Shown in pieces: positions 12,101-24,325 of a DNA stretch of 64,000 nucleotides. Position 1 is the stretch's first letter, and each line of letters begins with the position of its first letter. Below the pieces are notes generated by a model that was given only the letters and a program-made list of their open reading frames with translations, did no database searches and was not told the origin of the DNA. A program made the translations under genes and the position numbers. Source of the stretch: Eledone cirrhosa (lineage: Eukaryota); contig OZ024741.1 of the NCBI GenBank assembly GCA_964016885.1, positions 339,326,001 through 339,390,000 on the forward strand, read 5' to 3'.

Positions 12101-15100
12101 GTAGAGGTCTCTGAGGTAGAGGTCTCTGTGGCAGTGGTCTCTGAGGTAGTGGTTTCTGTGGTAGAGGTCTCTGTGGCAGTGGTCTCTGTGGTAGTGGTCT
12201 CTGTGGCAGTGGTCTCTGTGGTAGTGGTCTCTGTGGCAGTGGTCATTGTGGCAGTGGTCTCTGTGGCAGTGGTCTCTGAGGTAGAGGTCTCTGTGGTAGT
12301 GGTCTCTGTGGTAGTAGACTCTGTGGCAGAGGTCTCTGTGGCAGTGTCTCTGAGGTAGTGGTCTCTGTGGTAGTGGTCTCTGTGGCAGTGGTCTCTGTGG
12401 TAGTGGTCTCTGTGGTAGAGGTCTCTGTAGTAGTGGTCTCTGTGACAGTGGTCTCTGTGGCAGTGGTCTCTGAGGTAGTGGTCTCTGTGGCAGTGGTCTC
12501 TGTGGTAGTGGTCTCTGTGGCAGTGGTCTCTGTGACAGTGGTCTCTGTGGCAGTGGTCTCTGTGGCAGTGGTCTCTGTGGCAGTGGTCTCTGTGGCAGTG
12601 GTCTCTGTGGCAGTAGTCTCTGTGGCAGTGTCTCTGTGGTAGTGGTCTCTGTGGCAGTGGTCATTGTGGCAGTGGTCTCTGTGGCAGTGGTCTCTGAGGT
12701 AGAGGTCTCTGTGGCAGTGGTCTCTGTGGTAGTGGTCTCTGTGGAAGTGGTCTCTGGTAGTGGTCTCTGTGGCAGTGGTCTCTGTGGTAGTGGTCTCTGT
12801 GGCAGTGGTCTCTGTGGCAGTGGTCTCTGTGGTAGTGGTCTCTGTGGCAGTGGTCTCTGTGGCAGTGGTCTCTGTGGTAGTGGTCTCTGTGGCAGTGGTC
12901 TCTGAGGTAGAGGTCTCTGTGGTAGTGGTCTCTGTGGCAGAGGTCTCTGTGGCAGTGTCTCTGTGGTAGTGGTCTCTGTGGTAGTGGTCTCTGTGGCAGT
13001 GGTCTCTGTGGTAGTGGTCTCTGTGGTAGAGGTCTCTGTGGCAGTGGTCTCTGTGGCAGTAGTCTCTGTGGCAGAGGTCTCTGTGGTAGTGGTCTCTGTG
13101 GCAGTGGTCTCTGAGGTAGTGATCTCTGTGGCAGTGGTCTCTGTGGCAGTGGTCATTGTGGCAGTGGTCTCTGTGGCAGTGGTCTCTGACGTAGAGGTCT
13201 CTGTGGTAATGGTCTCTGTGGCAGTAGTCTCTGTGGCAGAGGTCTCTGTGGCAGTGTCTCTGTGGTAGTGGTCTCTGTGGCAGTGGTCATTGTGGCAGTG
13301 GTCTCTGTGGCAGTGGTCTCTGTGGCAGTGGTCTCTGTGGTAGTGGTCTCTGAGGTAGAGGTCTCTGTGGCAGTGGTCTCTGTGGCAGTGGTCTCTGTGG
13401 CAGTGGTCTCTGTGGCAGTGATCTCCGTGGCAGAGGTCTCTGTGGTAGTGGTCTCTGAGGTAGAGGTCTCTGAGGTAGAGGTCTCTCTGGTAGTGCTCTC
13501 TGTGGTAGTGGTCTCTGAGGTAGAGGTCTCTGAGGTAGAGGTCTCTGTGGCAGTGGTTTCTGAGGTAGAGGTCTCTGTGGTAGAGGTCTCTGTGGCAGTG
13601 GTCTCTGTGGTAGTGGTCTCTGTGGTAGTAGTCTCTGTGGCAGTGGTCTCTGTGGCAGTGGTCTCTGTGGCAGTGGTCTCTGTGGCAGTGGTCTCTGTGG
13701 CAGTGGTCTCTGTGGCAGTGGTCTCTGTGGTAGTGGTCTCTGTGGTAGTGGTCTCTGTGGTAGTGGTCTCTGTGGCAGTGGTCTCTGTGGTAGTGGTCTC
13801 TGTGGCAGTGGTCTCTGTGGCAGTGGTCTCTGTGGCAGTGGTCTCTGTGGTAGTGGTCTCTGTGGTAGTGGTCTCTATGGTAGTGGTCTCTGAGATAGAG
13901 GTGTCTGTGGCAGTGGTCTCTGTGGCAGTGGTCTATGTGGCAGTGGTCTCTGTGGCAGTGGTCTCTGTGGCAGTGGTCTCTGTGGCAGTGGTCTCTGTGG
14001 TAGTGGTCTCTGTTGCAGTGGTCTCTGTGGCAGTGGTCTCTGTGGTAGTGGTCTCTGAGGTAGAGGTCTCTGTGGCAGTGGTTTCTGTGGCAGTGGTCTC
14101 TGTGGCAGTGGTCTCTGTGGAAGTGGTCTCTGTGGTAGTGGTCTCTGAGGTAGAGGTCTCTGTAGCAGTGGTCTCTGTGGCAGTGGTCTCTGTGGTAGTG
14201 GTCTCTGAGGTAGAGGTCTCTGAGGTAGTGGTCTCTGTGGCAGTGGTCTCTGTGGCAGTGGTCTCTGTGGTAGTGGTCTCTGTGGCAGTGGTCTCTGAGA
14301 TAGAGGTCTCTGTGGTAGTGGTCTCTGTGGCAGTGGTCTCTGTGGCAGTGGTCTCTGTGGTAGTGGTCTCTGTGGTAGTGGTCTCTGAGGCAGTGGTCTC
14401 TGAGATAGAGGTCTCTGAGGTAGTGGTCTCTGTGGCAGTGGTCTCTGTGGCAGTGGTCTCTGTGGTAGTGGTCTCTGCTATAGTGGTCTCTGTGGCAGTG
14501 GTCTCTGTGGTAGTGGTCTCTGAGATAGAGGTCTCTGAGGTAGAGGTCTCTGAGATAGAGGTCCCTGAGGTAGTGGTCTCTGTGGTAGTGGTCTCTGTGG
14601 CAGTGGTCTCTGTGGTAGTGGTCTCTGTGGTAGTGGTCTCTGTGGCAGTGGTCTCTGAGATAGAGGTCTCTGAGGTAGTGGTCTCTGTGGCAGTGGTCTC
14701 TGTGGCAGTGGTCTCTGAGGTAGAGGTCTCTGAGGTAGTGGTCTCTGTGGCAGTGGTCTCTGTGGCAGTGGTCTCTGTGGTAGAGGTCTCTGTGGCAGTG
14801 GTCTCTGTGGCAGTGGTCTCTGTGGCAGTGGTCTCTGTGGCAGTGGTCTCTGTGGCAGAGGTCTCTGAAGTAAAGGTCTCTGTGGCAGTGGTCTCTGAGG
14901 TAGAGGTCTCTGAGGTAGAGGTCTCTGTGGCAGTGGTCTCTGAGGTAGTGGTTTCTGTGGTAGAGGTCTCTGTGGCAGTGGTCTCTGTGGTAGTGGTCTC
15001 TGTGGCAGTGGTCTCTGTGGTAGTGGTCTCTGTGGCAGTGGTCATTGTGGCAGTGGTCTCTGTGGCAGTGGTCTCTGAGGTAGAGGTCTCTGTGGTAGTG

Positions 15101-18100
15101 GTCTCTGTGGTAGTAGACTCTGTGGCAGAGGTCTCTGTGGCAGTGTCTCTGAGGTAGTGGTCTCTGTGGTAGTGGTCTCTGTGGCAGTGGTCTCTGTGGT
15201 AGTGGTCTCTGTGGTAGAGGTCTCTGTAGTAGTGGTCTCTGTGACAGTGGTCTCTGTGGCAGTGGTCTCTGAGGTAGTGGTCTCTGTGGCAGTGGTCTCT
15301 GTGGTAGTGGTCTCTGTGGCAGTGGTCTCTGTGACAGTGGTCTCTGTGGCAGTGGTCTCTGTGGCAGTGGTCTCTGTGGCAGTGGTCTCTGTGGCAGTGG
15401 TCTCTGTGGCAGTAGTCTCTGTGGCAGTGTCTCTGTGGTAGTGGTCTCTGTGGCAGTGGTCATTGTGGCAGTGGTCTCTGTGGCAGTGGTCTCTGAGGTA
15501 GAGGTCTCTGTGGCAGTGGTCTCTGTGGTAGTGGTCTCTGTGGAAGTGGTCTCTGGTAGTGGTCTCTGTGGCAGTGGTCTCTGTGGTAGTGGTCTCTGTG
15601 GCAGTGGTCTCTGTGGCAGTGGTCTCTGTGGTAGTGGTCTCTGTGGCAGTGGTCTCTGTGGCAGTGGTCTCTGTGGTAGTGGTCTCTGTGGCAGTGGTCT
15701 CTGAGGTAGAGGTCTCTGTGGTAGTGGTCTCTGTGGCAGAGGTCTCTGTGGCAGTGTCTCTGTGGTAGTGGTCTCTGTGGTAGTGGTCTCTGTGGCAGTG
15801 GTCTCTGTGGTAGTGGTCTCTGTGGTAGAGGTCTCTGTGGCAGTGGTCTCTGTGGCAGTAGTCTCTGTGGCAGAGGTCTCTGTGGTAGTGGTCTCTGTGG
15901 CAGTGGTCTCTGAGGTAGTGATCTCTGTGGCAGTGGTCTCTGTGGCAGTGGTCATTGTGGCAGTGGTCTCTGTGGCAGTGGTCTCTGACGTAGAGGTCTC
16001 TGTGGTAATGGTCTCTGTGGCAGTAGTCTCTGTGGCAGAGGTCTCTGTGGCAGTGTCTCTGTGGTAGTGGTCTCTGTGGCAGTGGTCATTGTGGCAGTGG
16101 TCTCTGTGGCAGTGTCTCTGTGGCAGTGTCTCTGTGGTAGTGGTCTCTGTGGCAGTGGTCTCTGTGGTAGTGGTCTCTGTGGCAGTGGTCTCTGTGGCAG
16201 TGGTCTCTGTGGCAGTGGTCTCTGTGGCAGTAGTCTCTGTGGCAGTGTCTCTGTGGTAGTGGTCTCTGTGGCACTGGTCTCTGTGGTAGTGGTCTCTGTG
16301 GCAGTGGTCTCTGTGGCAGTGGTCTCTGTGGCAGTGGTCTCTGTGGCAGTAGTCTCTGTGGTAGTGGTCTCTGTGGTAGTGGTCTCTGTGGCTGTAGTCT
16401 CTGTGGCAGTGGTCTCTGTGGCAGTGATCTCTGTGGTAGTGGTCTCTGTGGTAGTGGTCTCTGTGGTAGTGGTCTCTGTGTTAGTGGTCTCTGTGGCAGT
16501 AGTCTCTGTGGCAGTAGTCTCTGTGGTAGTGGTCTCTGTGGTAGTGGTCTCTGTGTTAGTGGTCTCTGTGGCAGTAGTCTCTGTGGCAGTAGTCTCTGTG
16601 GTAGTGGTCTCTGTGGTAGTGATCTCTGTGGTAGTGGTCTCTGTGGCAGTAGTCTCTGTGGCAGTGGTCTCTGTGGCAGTGGTCTCTGTGGCAGTGGTCT
16701 CTGTGGCAGTGGTCTCTGAGGTAGAGGTCTCTGAGGTAGAGGTCTCTGTGGTAGAGGTCTCTGTGTTAGTGGTCTCTGTGGCAGTGGTCTCTGTGGTAGA
16801 GGTCTCTGTGGCAGTGGTCTCTGTGGAAGTGGTCTCTGTGGTAGTGGTCTCTGTGGCAGTGGTCTCTGTGGTAGTGGTCTCTGTCGCAGTGGTCTCTGAA
16901 TAAAGGTCTCTGTGTCAGTGGTCTCTGAAGTAAAGGTCTTTGTGGTAGTGGTCTCTGTGGCAGTGGTCTCTGTGGCAGTGGTCTCTCTGGCAGTGGTCTC
17001 TGTGGTAGTGGTCTCTGTGGTAGAGGTCTCTGTGGCAGTGGTCTCTGTGGCAGTGGTCTCTGTGGTAGAGGTCTGTGAGGTAGAGGTCTCTGTGGCAGTG
17101 ATCTCTGAGGTAGAGGTCTCTGTGGCAGTGGTCTCTGTGGAAGTGGTCTCTGTGGTAGTGGTCTCTGTGGTAGAGGTCTCTGTGGCAGTGGTCTCTGTGG
17201 CAGTGGTCTCTGTGGTAGAGGTCTGTAAGGTAGAGGTCTCTGTGGCAGTGGTCTCTGTGGTAGAGGTCTCTGTGGCAGTGGTCTCTGTGGTAGAGGTCTC
17301 TGAGATAGAGGTCTCTGAGGTAGTGGTCTCTGTGGCAGTGGTCTCTGTGGCAGTGGTCTCTGAGGTAGTGGTCTATGTGGTAGTGGTCTCTGTGGCAGTG
17401 GTCTCTGTGGTAGAGGTCTCTGTGGCAGTGGTCTCTGTGGCAGTGGTCTCTGTGGTAGAGGTCTGTGAGGTAGAGGTCTCTGTGGCAGTGGTCTCTGTGG
17501 TAGAGGTCTCTGTGGCAGTGGTCTCTGTGGAAGTGGTCTCTGTGGTAGTGGTCTCTGTGGTAGAGGTCTCTGTGGCAGTGGTCTCTGTGGCAGTGATCTC
17601 TGTGGCAGTGGTCTCGGTAGCAGTGCTCTCTGTGGTAGTGGTCTCTGTGGTAGTGGTCTCTGTGGCAGTGGTCTCTGAGGTAGAGGTCTCTGTGGTAGAG
17701 GTCTCTGTGGCAGTGGTCTCTGTGGCAGTGGTCTTGTGGCAGTGGTGTCTGTGGTAGTGGTCTCTGTGGTAGAGGTCTCTGTGGTAGTGGTCTCTGTGGC
17801 AGTAGTCTCTGTGGCAGAGGTCTCTGTGGTAGTGGTCTCTGTGGCAGTGGTCTCTGTGGCAGTGGTCTCTGAGGTAGTGGTCTCTGTGGCAGGTCTCTGT
17901 GGCTGTGGTCTCTGTGGCAGTGATCTCTGTGGCAGTGGTCTCTGTGGCAGTGGTCTCTGTGGCAATGGTCTCTGTGGTAGTGGTCTCTGTGGCAGTGGTC
18001 TCTGTGCCAGTGGTCTCTGTGGCAGTGGTCTCTGAGGTAGAGGTCTCTGTGGTAGTGGTCTCTATGGCAGTAGTCTCTGTGGCAGAGGTCTCTGTGGCAG

Positions 18101-19156
18101 TGTCTCTGTGGTATTGGTCTCTGTGGCAGTGGTCTCTGTGGCAGTGGTCTCAGTGGCAGTGGTCTCTGTGGTAGAGGTCTCTGTGGCAGAGGTCTCTGTG
18201 GCAGTGTCTCTGTGGTAGTGGTCTCTGTGGCAGTGGTCTCTGTGGCAGTAGTCTCTGTGGCAGAGGTCTCTGTGGCAGTGTCTCTGTGGCAGTGGTCTCT
18301 GTGGCAGTGGTCTCTGTGGTAGTGGTCTCTGTGGCAGTGGTCTCTGTGGTAGTGGTCTCTGTGGCAGTGGTCTCTCTGGCAGTGGTCTCTGTGGTAGTGG
18401 TCTCTGTGGCAGTGGTCTCTGTGGCAGTGGTCTCTGTGGCAGTGGTCTCTGTGGCAGTAGTCTCTGTGGCAGAGGTCTCTGTGGCAGTGTCTCTGTGGTA
18501 GTGGTCTCTGTGGCAGTGGTCTCTGTGGTAGTGGTCTCTGTGGCAGTGTCTCTGTGGTAGTGGTCTCTGTGGCAGTGGTCTCTGTGGTAGTGGTCTCTGT
18601 GGCAGTGGTCTCTGTGGCAGTGGTCTCTGTGGCAGTGGTCTCTGTGGTAGTGGTCTCTGTGGCAGTGGTCTCTGTGGTAGTGGTCTCTGTGGCAGTAGTC
18701 TCTGTGGCAGTGGTCTCTGTGGCAGTGGTCTCTGTGGTAATGGTCTCTGTGGCAGTAGTCTCTGTGGCAGTGGTCTCTGTGGCAGTGGTCTCTGTGGTAG
18801 AGGTCTCTGTGGCAGTGGTCTCTGTGGTAGTGGTCTCTGTGGCAGTGGTCTCTGTGGCAGTGGTCTCTGTGGTAGTGGTCTCTGTGGTAGTGGTCTCTGT
18901 GGTAGTGGTCTCTGTGGTAGTGGTCTCTGTGGCAGTAGTCTCTGTGGCAGTAGTCTCTGTGGTAGTGGTCTCTGTGGTAGTGGTCTCTGTGGTAGTGGTC
19001 TCTGTGGCAGTAGTCTCTTAGGCAGTGGTCTCTGTGGCAGTAGTCTCTGTGGCAGTGGTCTCTGTGGCAGTGGTCTCTGTGGCAGTGGTCTCTGTGGTAG
19101 TGGTCTCTGTGGTAGAGGTCTCTGTGGCAGTGGCAGTGGTCTCTGTGGTAGAGGTC
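6200..19156. repeat. 13-kb minisatellite, 15-bp unit GCAGTGGTCTCTGTG (roughly 860 copies); minus strand reads (ETTAT)n
   Basis: Strict 15-bp phase from about 6200 to 12345, occasional 14- and shorter units thereafter; variants GTAGT, GTAGA, CTGAG, ATAGA. Confidence 0.97.
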
Positions 19157-19474
19157 ACCCCCACGCCCCACCAACACCACCTTTTCTCTGTAAAGTTCTG
19201 TTGGTACCACAGAACATCCAGTCCAAACTAAAGCTGTCTTGTGGCTGTCATGACAAAAAGGCACCCAGTAACCCTGTAAAGTGGTCGTGTAGGAGACACG
19301 GTAGAAAGGCTCCCAGTCCACACTAAATGTGGTTGGTGTTAGGAAGGGAATCCTGCTGTAGAAAACCTGCCAAATACAGTCCAATACGAACGAGACACGG
19401 TCATCCGATCAATCTTGCCTCAAGTGGGACAATTCCCGTCTAACCCATGCTAGCATGGAAGATAGACATTTAAC

Positions 19475-19512
<38 letters not shown>
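19157..19512 (+). mobile_element. RTE-X-like LINE 3' UTR fragment with (GAT)n tail
   Basis: GGTTGGTGTTAGGAAGGG...CCATGCTAGCATGGAAGATAGACATTTAACGATGATG matches the 3' UTR of the LINE at 24947-25663. Confidence 0.8.
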
Positions 19513-19514
<2 letters not shown>

Positions 19515-19961
19515 GTGCTTATATTGGAGATGATGATGGTGATAATGGTGCTGATGATGGTGCTGATGATGGTGATGATGGTGATGATGGTGGTGATGAT
19601 GGTGGTGGTGATGATGATGGTCGTGATGGTGATGATTTTGATGATGGTGATGATGGTGATGATGGTGGTGATGGTGGTGATGATGGTGATGATGGTGATA
19701 ATGGTGATGATGGTGATGATGGTGGTGATGATCATGGTGATGGTGGTGATGATGGTGATGGTGGTGGTGACGGTGGTGATCATGGTGGAGATGATGGTGG
19801 TGGTGGTGATGATGATGGTGATGATGGTGATGGTGGTGTTAATGGTGATGATGGTGATGATGGTGATAATGGTGATGATGATGATGATGATGGTGATAAT
19901 GGTGATGATGGTGATGACGGTGATAATGGTGATGATGGTGATGATGGTGGTGATGATGATG
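19475..19961. repeat. (GAT/GGT)n expansion continuous with the LINE tail
   Basis: Pure (GAT)n tail grades into a GATGGTGAT 9-bp pattern. Confidence 0.85.
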
Positions 19962-20378
19962 AATAGCATCAGCGACCACTACACTGACTACTACAACAAC
20001 AACAACTACAGCACCTACAACAACCACCACCACACGAGTAGTCTTAACTAAAATTAGTCATCAATACATGTTATCTTTTAGACGTCAGTATGCACCAGGT
20101 AAGTTGTTCAGAATATATCTGTACTGGAAACTCTCAACAGATAGAACAATCACTTTACAGTCAGGAAAATATAGATTCCTGCAAATTTCTTATGATTGAA
20201 TAAAAGAAAACAGAAACAAAAAACAAACAAAATTACTTGTTTATTGCATAGAAACATATATGTATGTACTTATACACACACACATACACACACACACATA
20301 TACACACACACAGAAACACAGACACACATTTAATGAAAGAATATTTTTCAAGGTTTACATTTTTTTTTCAAAATGCAA

Positions 20379-22388
20379 AACAGCAATAACAGCAATAACA
20401 GCATTAACAGCAATAACAGCAATAACAGCATTAACAGCAATAACAGCATTAACAGCATTAACAGCAATACCAGCATTAACAGCAATAACAGCATTAACAG
20501 CAATAACAGCATTAACAGCATTAACAGCAATAACAGCAATAACAGCATTAACAGCATTAACAGCAATAACAGCAATAACAGCATTAACAGCATTAACAGC
20601 AAGAACAGCATTAACAGCATTAACAGCATTAACAGCAATAACAGCATTAATAGCAATGACAGCATTAACAGCAATAACAGCATTAACAGCAATAACAGCA
20701 TTAACAGCATTAACAGCAATACCAGCATTAACAGCATTAACAGCATTAACAGCAATAACAGCAATAACAGCATTAACAGCATTAACAGCAAGAACAGCAT
20801 TAACAGCAATAACAGCATTAACAGCAATAACAGCATTAACAGCAATGACAGCATTAACAGCAATAACAGCATTAACAGCAATAACAGCAATACCAGCATT
20901 AACAGCAATAACAGCATTAACAGCAATAACAGCATTAACAGCAATAACAGCAATAACAGCAATAACAGCATTAACAGCAATAACAGCAATAACAGCATTA
21001 ACAGCATTAACAGCAATAACAGCATTAACAGCAATAACAGCAATAACAGCATTAACAGCATTAACAGCAATAACAGCAATAACAGCATTAACAGCATTAA
21101 CAGCAATAACAGCAATAACAGCATTAACAGCATTAACAGCAAGAACAGCATTAACAGCATTAACAGCAATAACAGCATTAACAGCAATAACAGCATTAAC
21201 AGCAATGACAGCATTAACAGCAATAACAGCAATAACAGCAATAACAGCATTAACAGCATTAACAGCAATAACAGCATTAACAGCAATAACAGCATTAACA
21301 GCAATAACAGCATTAACAGCAATAATAGCAATAACAGCAGTAGCAGCATTAACAGAATTAACAGCAATAACAGCAATAACAGCATTAACAGCATTAACAG
21401 CATTAACAGCAATAACAGCATTAACAGCATTAACAGCAATACCAGCATTAACAGCAATAACAGCATTAACAGCAATAACAGCATTAACAGCAATAACAGC
21501 AATAACAGCATTAACAGCAATAACAGCAATAACAGCATTAACAGCAATAACAGCATTAACAGCAATAACAGCAATAACAGCATTAACAGCATTAACAGCA
21601 ATAACAGCATTAACAGCATTAACAGCAATAACAGCAATAACAGCATTAACAGCATTAACAGCAAGAACAGCATTAACAGCATTAACAGCAATAACAGCAT
21701 TAACAGCAATAACAGCATTAACAGCAATGACAGCAATAACAGCAATAACAGCAATAACAGCATTAACAGCATTAACAGCAATAACAGCATTAACAGCAAT
21801 AACAGCATTAACAGCAATAACAGCATTAACAGCAATAATAGCAATAACAGCAGTAGCAGCATTAACAGAATTAACAGCAATAACAGCAATAACAGCATTA
21901 ACAGCATTAACAGCAATAACAGCATTAACAGCAATAACAGCATTAACAGCAATAACAGCATTAACAGCAATAACAGCATTAACAGCAATAACAGCATTAA
22001 CAGCAATAACAGCAATAACAGCATTAACAGCATTAACAGCAATAACAGCAATAACAGCATTAACAGCAATAACAGCAATAACAGCATTAACAGCATTAAC
22101 AGCAATAACAGCATTAACAGCATTAACAGCAATAACAGCAATAACAGCAATAACAGCAATAACAGCATTAACAGCAATAACAGCATTAACAGCATTAACA
22201 GCAATAACAGCATTAACAGCATTAACAGCATTAACAGCAATAACAGCAATAACAGCATTAACAGCATTAACAGCAATAACAGCAATAACAGCATTAACAG
22301 CAATAACAGCATTAACAGCAATAACAGCAATAACAACAATAACAGCAATAACAGCATTAACAGCAATAACAGCAATAACAGCAATAAC
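20379..22388. repeat. 2-kb minisatellite, 9-bp unit ACAGCA(A/T)TA
   Basis: Uninterrupted 9-bp phase with two major variants ACAGCAATA and ACAGCATTA. Confidence 0.97.
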
Positions 22389-22805
22389 ATCTCTATATAA
22401 ATGTATTATTTGAATGATATTTATACTGTGTGTAAGTATGTATATATGTGTGAGTGTGTATGTATGTGTGTATGTATATATGTGTATGTGTATATATGTG
22501 TGTGTGTATATGTATATAGATATATGATGTGTGTGTGTGTGTATGTATGTAGATATATGATGTGTGTATATGTATATATATATATATATATGTATGTATA
22601 TAGATATATATTGTGTGTGTGTATGTATGTAGGTATATATATGATATGATATGATATATGTATGTCTATATATATGATATATATAAAAATAATTATAATA
22701 ATGAGATTGTGTATAGTGCTCAGGTGCACTACATGTATGTATATATATATATGATATATATGTATGTATGCATATATATGATATATATATATGATATATA
22801 TAAAT

Positions 22806-23187
22806 ATCATCATCATCATCATTTTACGTCCGCTTAATCCTGCTTGCAAGTGTGGGACAGGAACTGATTCTGGCTTGATTTCTACAGCAGGATGCCCTTC
22901 CTAACACCAACCTCATTTACAGTGAGTGCTGGGTGCTTTTTTTTCCATGGCGCCTACATGTCCACTTTACAGTGTTACTGGGTTCCTTTTTGCCGTGGCG
23001 CCTCCATGACCACTTTGCAGTGGAATGATATGGACCCCAGTCCTATCATCTCATTTCTACAGTAAACTGGAGAAATGTGAAATAAAGTGTCTTGCTCAAG
23101 GAAACAACACATCACCTGGTCTGAGAATTGAACTCACAACCTTTCGATTGTAAGCCCAATGCTCTAACCACTAAGCCATGTGCCTCC
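22806..23187 (-). mobile_element. tRNA-derived SINE, family B (Meta/CORE-like body, RTE-derived tail)
   Basis: Reverse strand GGAGGCACATGGCTTAGTGG (A box)...GAGTTCAATTC (B box), CCTTGAGCAAGACACTTTA body, GTTAGGAAGGGCATCC...GGACGTAAAATGATGATG tail. Confidence 0.85.
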
Positions 23188-23326
23188 ATATATATATATA
23201 TATACATACATACATATGTGTGTATGTGTATTTGTTTTTGTTTTATAATATAGTAGTTTGCAGATAAATCGCTAATAAGTGATAGATTGAAAATGGCACT
23301 GGCATCAATATGATTGTCAGAACTCT

Positions 23327-23540
23327 TTAACCTTTTAGCATTTACATTACTCTATATTTACTATTGTATTTTTGTGGTAAAGGCTTTATCTTATATAATT
23401 ATCTCACATAATATTGAATCTATGAGATTTTGATATTATTTATTTTGAGAACACTACCTTAATGTAGGTATGAGCAGCCAGTTACAGCCGGTTTGAACAG
23501 AAAGAGTTGAGAGAATTTTGGCCGGATACAGCTGGGTTAA
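23327..23540. mobile_element. piggyBac-type MITE, second copy
   Basis: TTAA-CCTTTTAGCATTT ... GGG-TTAA with TTAA on both sides; body is the reverse complement of 5779-5989. Confidence 0.65.
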
Positions 23541-23809
23541 GGAATTGCCCCTGTGTGACTTCAGCCTCACTAATTATCTCTCATGAGGAATGCACAAACT
23601 AAATATTGCTAGAATTGCATCTAACAGCCTGGTCATTCTCTTCAGAACCCCAAAATATTTCCTCCCCTCTTCATCTTTGCCAGCGTTGTGATCCTGTACA
23701 ATATTCAGGTAAAACACACAATGAAATAGTGTTCTCACATCTCAGATGGTGCTACTCCACACATATACACATACACATATATATACAATATGCCCCCCCC
23801 CCCCCCCCC

Positions 23810-24073
23810 CCACTGCAAGGTGGTCGTGGAGGCGCCACGGCAAAAAAGCACCCAGCCCACACTGTAAAGTGGACGTGTAGGCGCCACGAAAAAGCACCCA
23901 GCACTCACTGTAAATGAGGTTGGTGTTAGGAAGGGCATCCAGCTGTAGAAATCAAGCCAAATCAGTTCCTGTATGAGCAAGGCATAGTCAGCCGACCAGA
24001 CACTGCCCACAACAGGACAACCCGTCTAACCCATGCTAGCGTGGAAGAACGGACGTAAAACGGTGATGATGAT
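23810..24073 (+). mobile_element. RTE-X-like LINE 3' tail (subfamily closest to the SINE B tail)
   Basis: AAAAAGCACCCAGCACTCACTGTAAATGAGGTTGGTGTTAGGAAGGGCATCCAGCTGTAGAAATCAAGCC...CCATGCTAGCGTGG..GGACGTAAAACGGTGATG. Confidence 0.75.
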
Positions 24074-24088
24074 ATACATACAATGTAG

Positions 24089-24325
24089 ATGTAATCTGAG
24101 TTTTTCGAATATTAATAATAACATTCAATTTGTTTGCAATTATGCAAACAAGCCTCAATTTAATAGCCATGTTGTGTTGGCATGTGAACAGAACTGTTCA
24201 CATGCCAACACAAGAGGAAGAATGAAGGGTTCATTCTACTGACATGGCTATAAAATTGAGGCTTGTTTGCATAATTGCAAACGAATTGAACGTTATTATT
24301 AATATTCGAAAAACTCAGGTTACAT
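24089..24325. repeat. Fold-back element: about 84-bp inverted arms enclosing two hairpins
   Basis: Arms 24089-24172 and 24242-24325 with few mismatches; perfect 20-bp hairpin 24172-24213; 8-bp hairpin 24219-24237. Confidence 0.9.

Noticed and set aside
6131-12358. 2075-aa plus-strand (VVSVA)n ORF
   Set aside because: The repeat unit has no stop in this frame; TTG start; implausible continuous hydrophobic composition
10181-15955. 1924-aa His/Cys-rich (RDHCH)n ORF suggesting a metal-binding protein
   Set aside because: It is an alternative frame of the 15-bp array, stitched across frameshifted units
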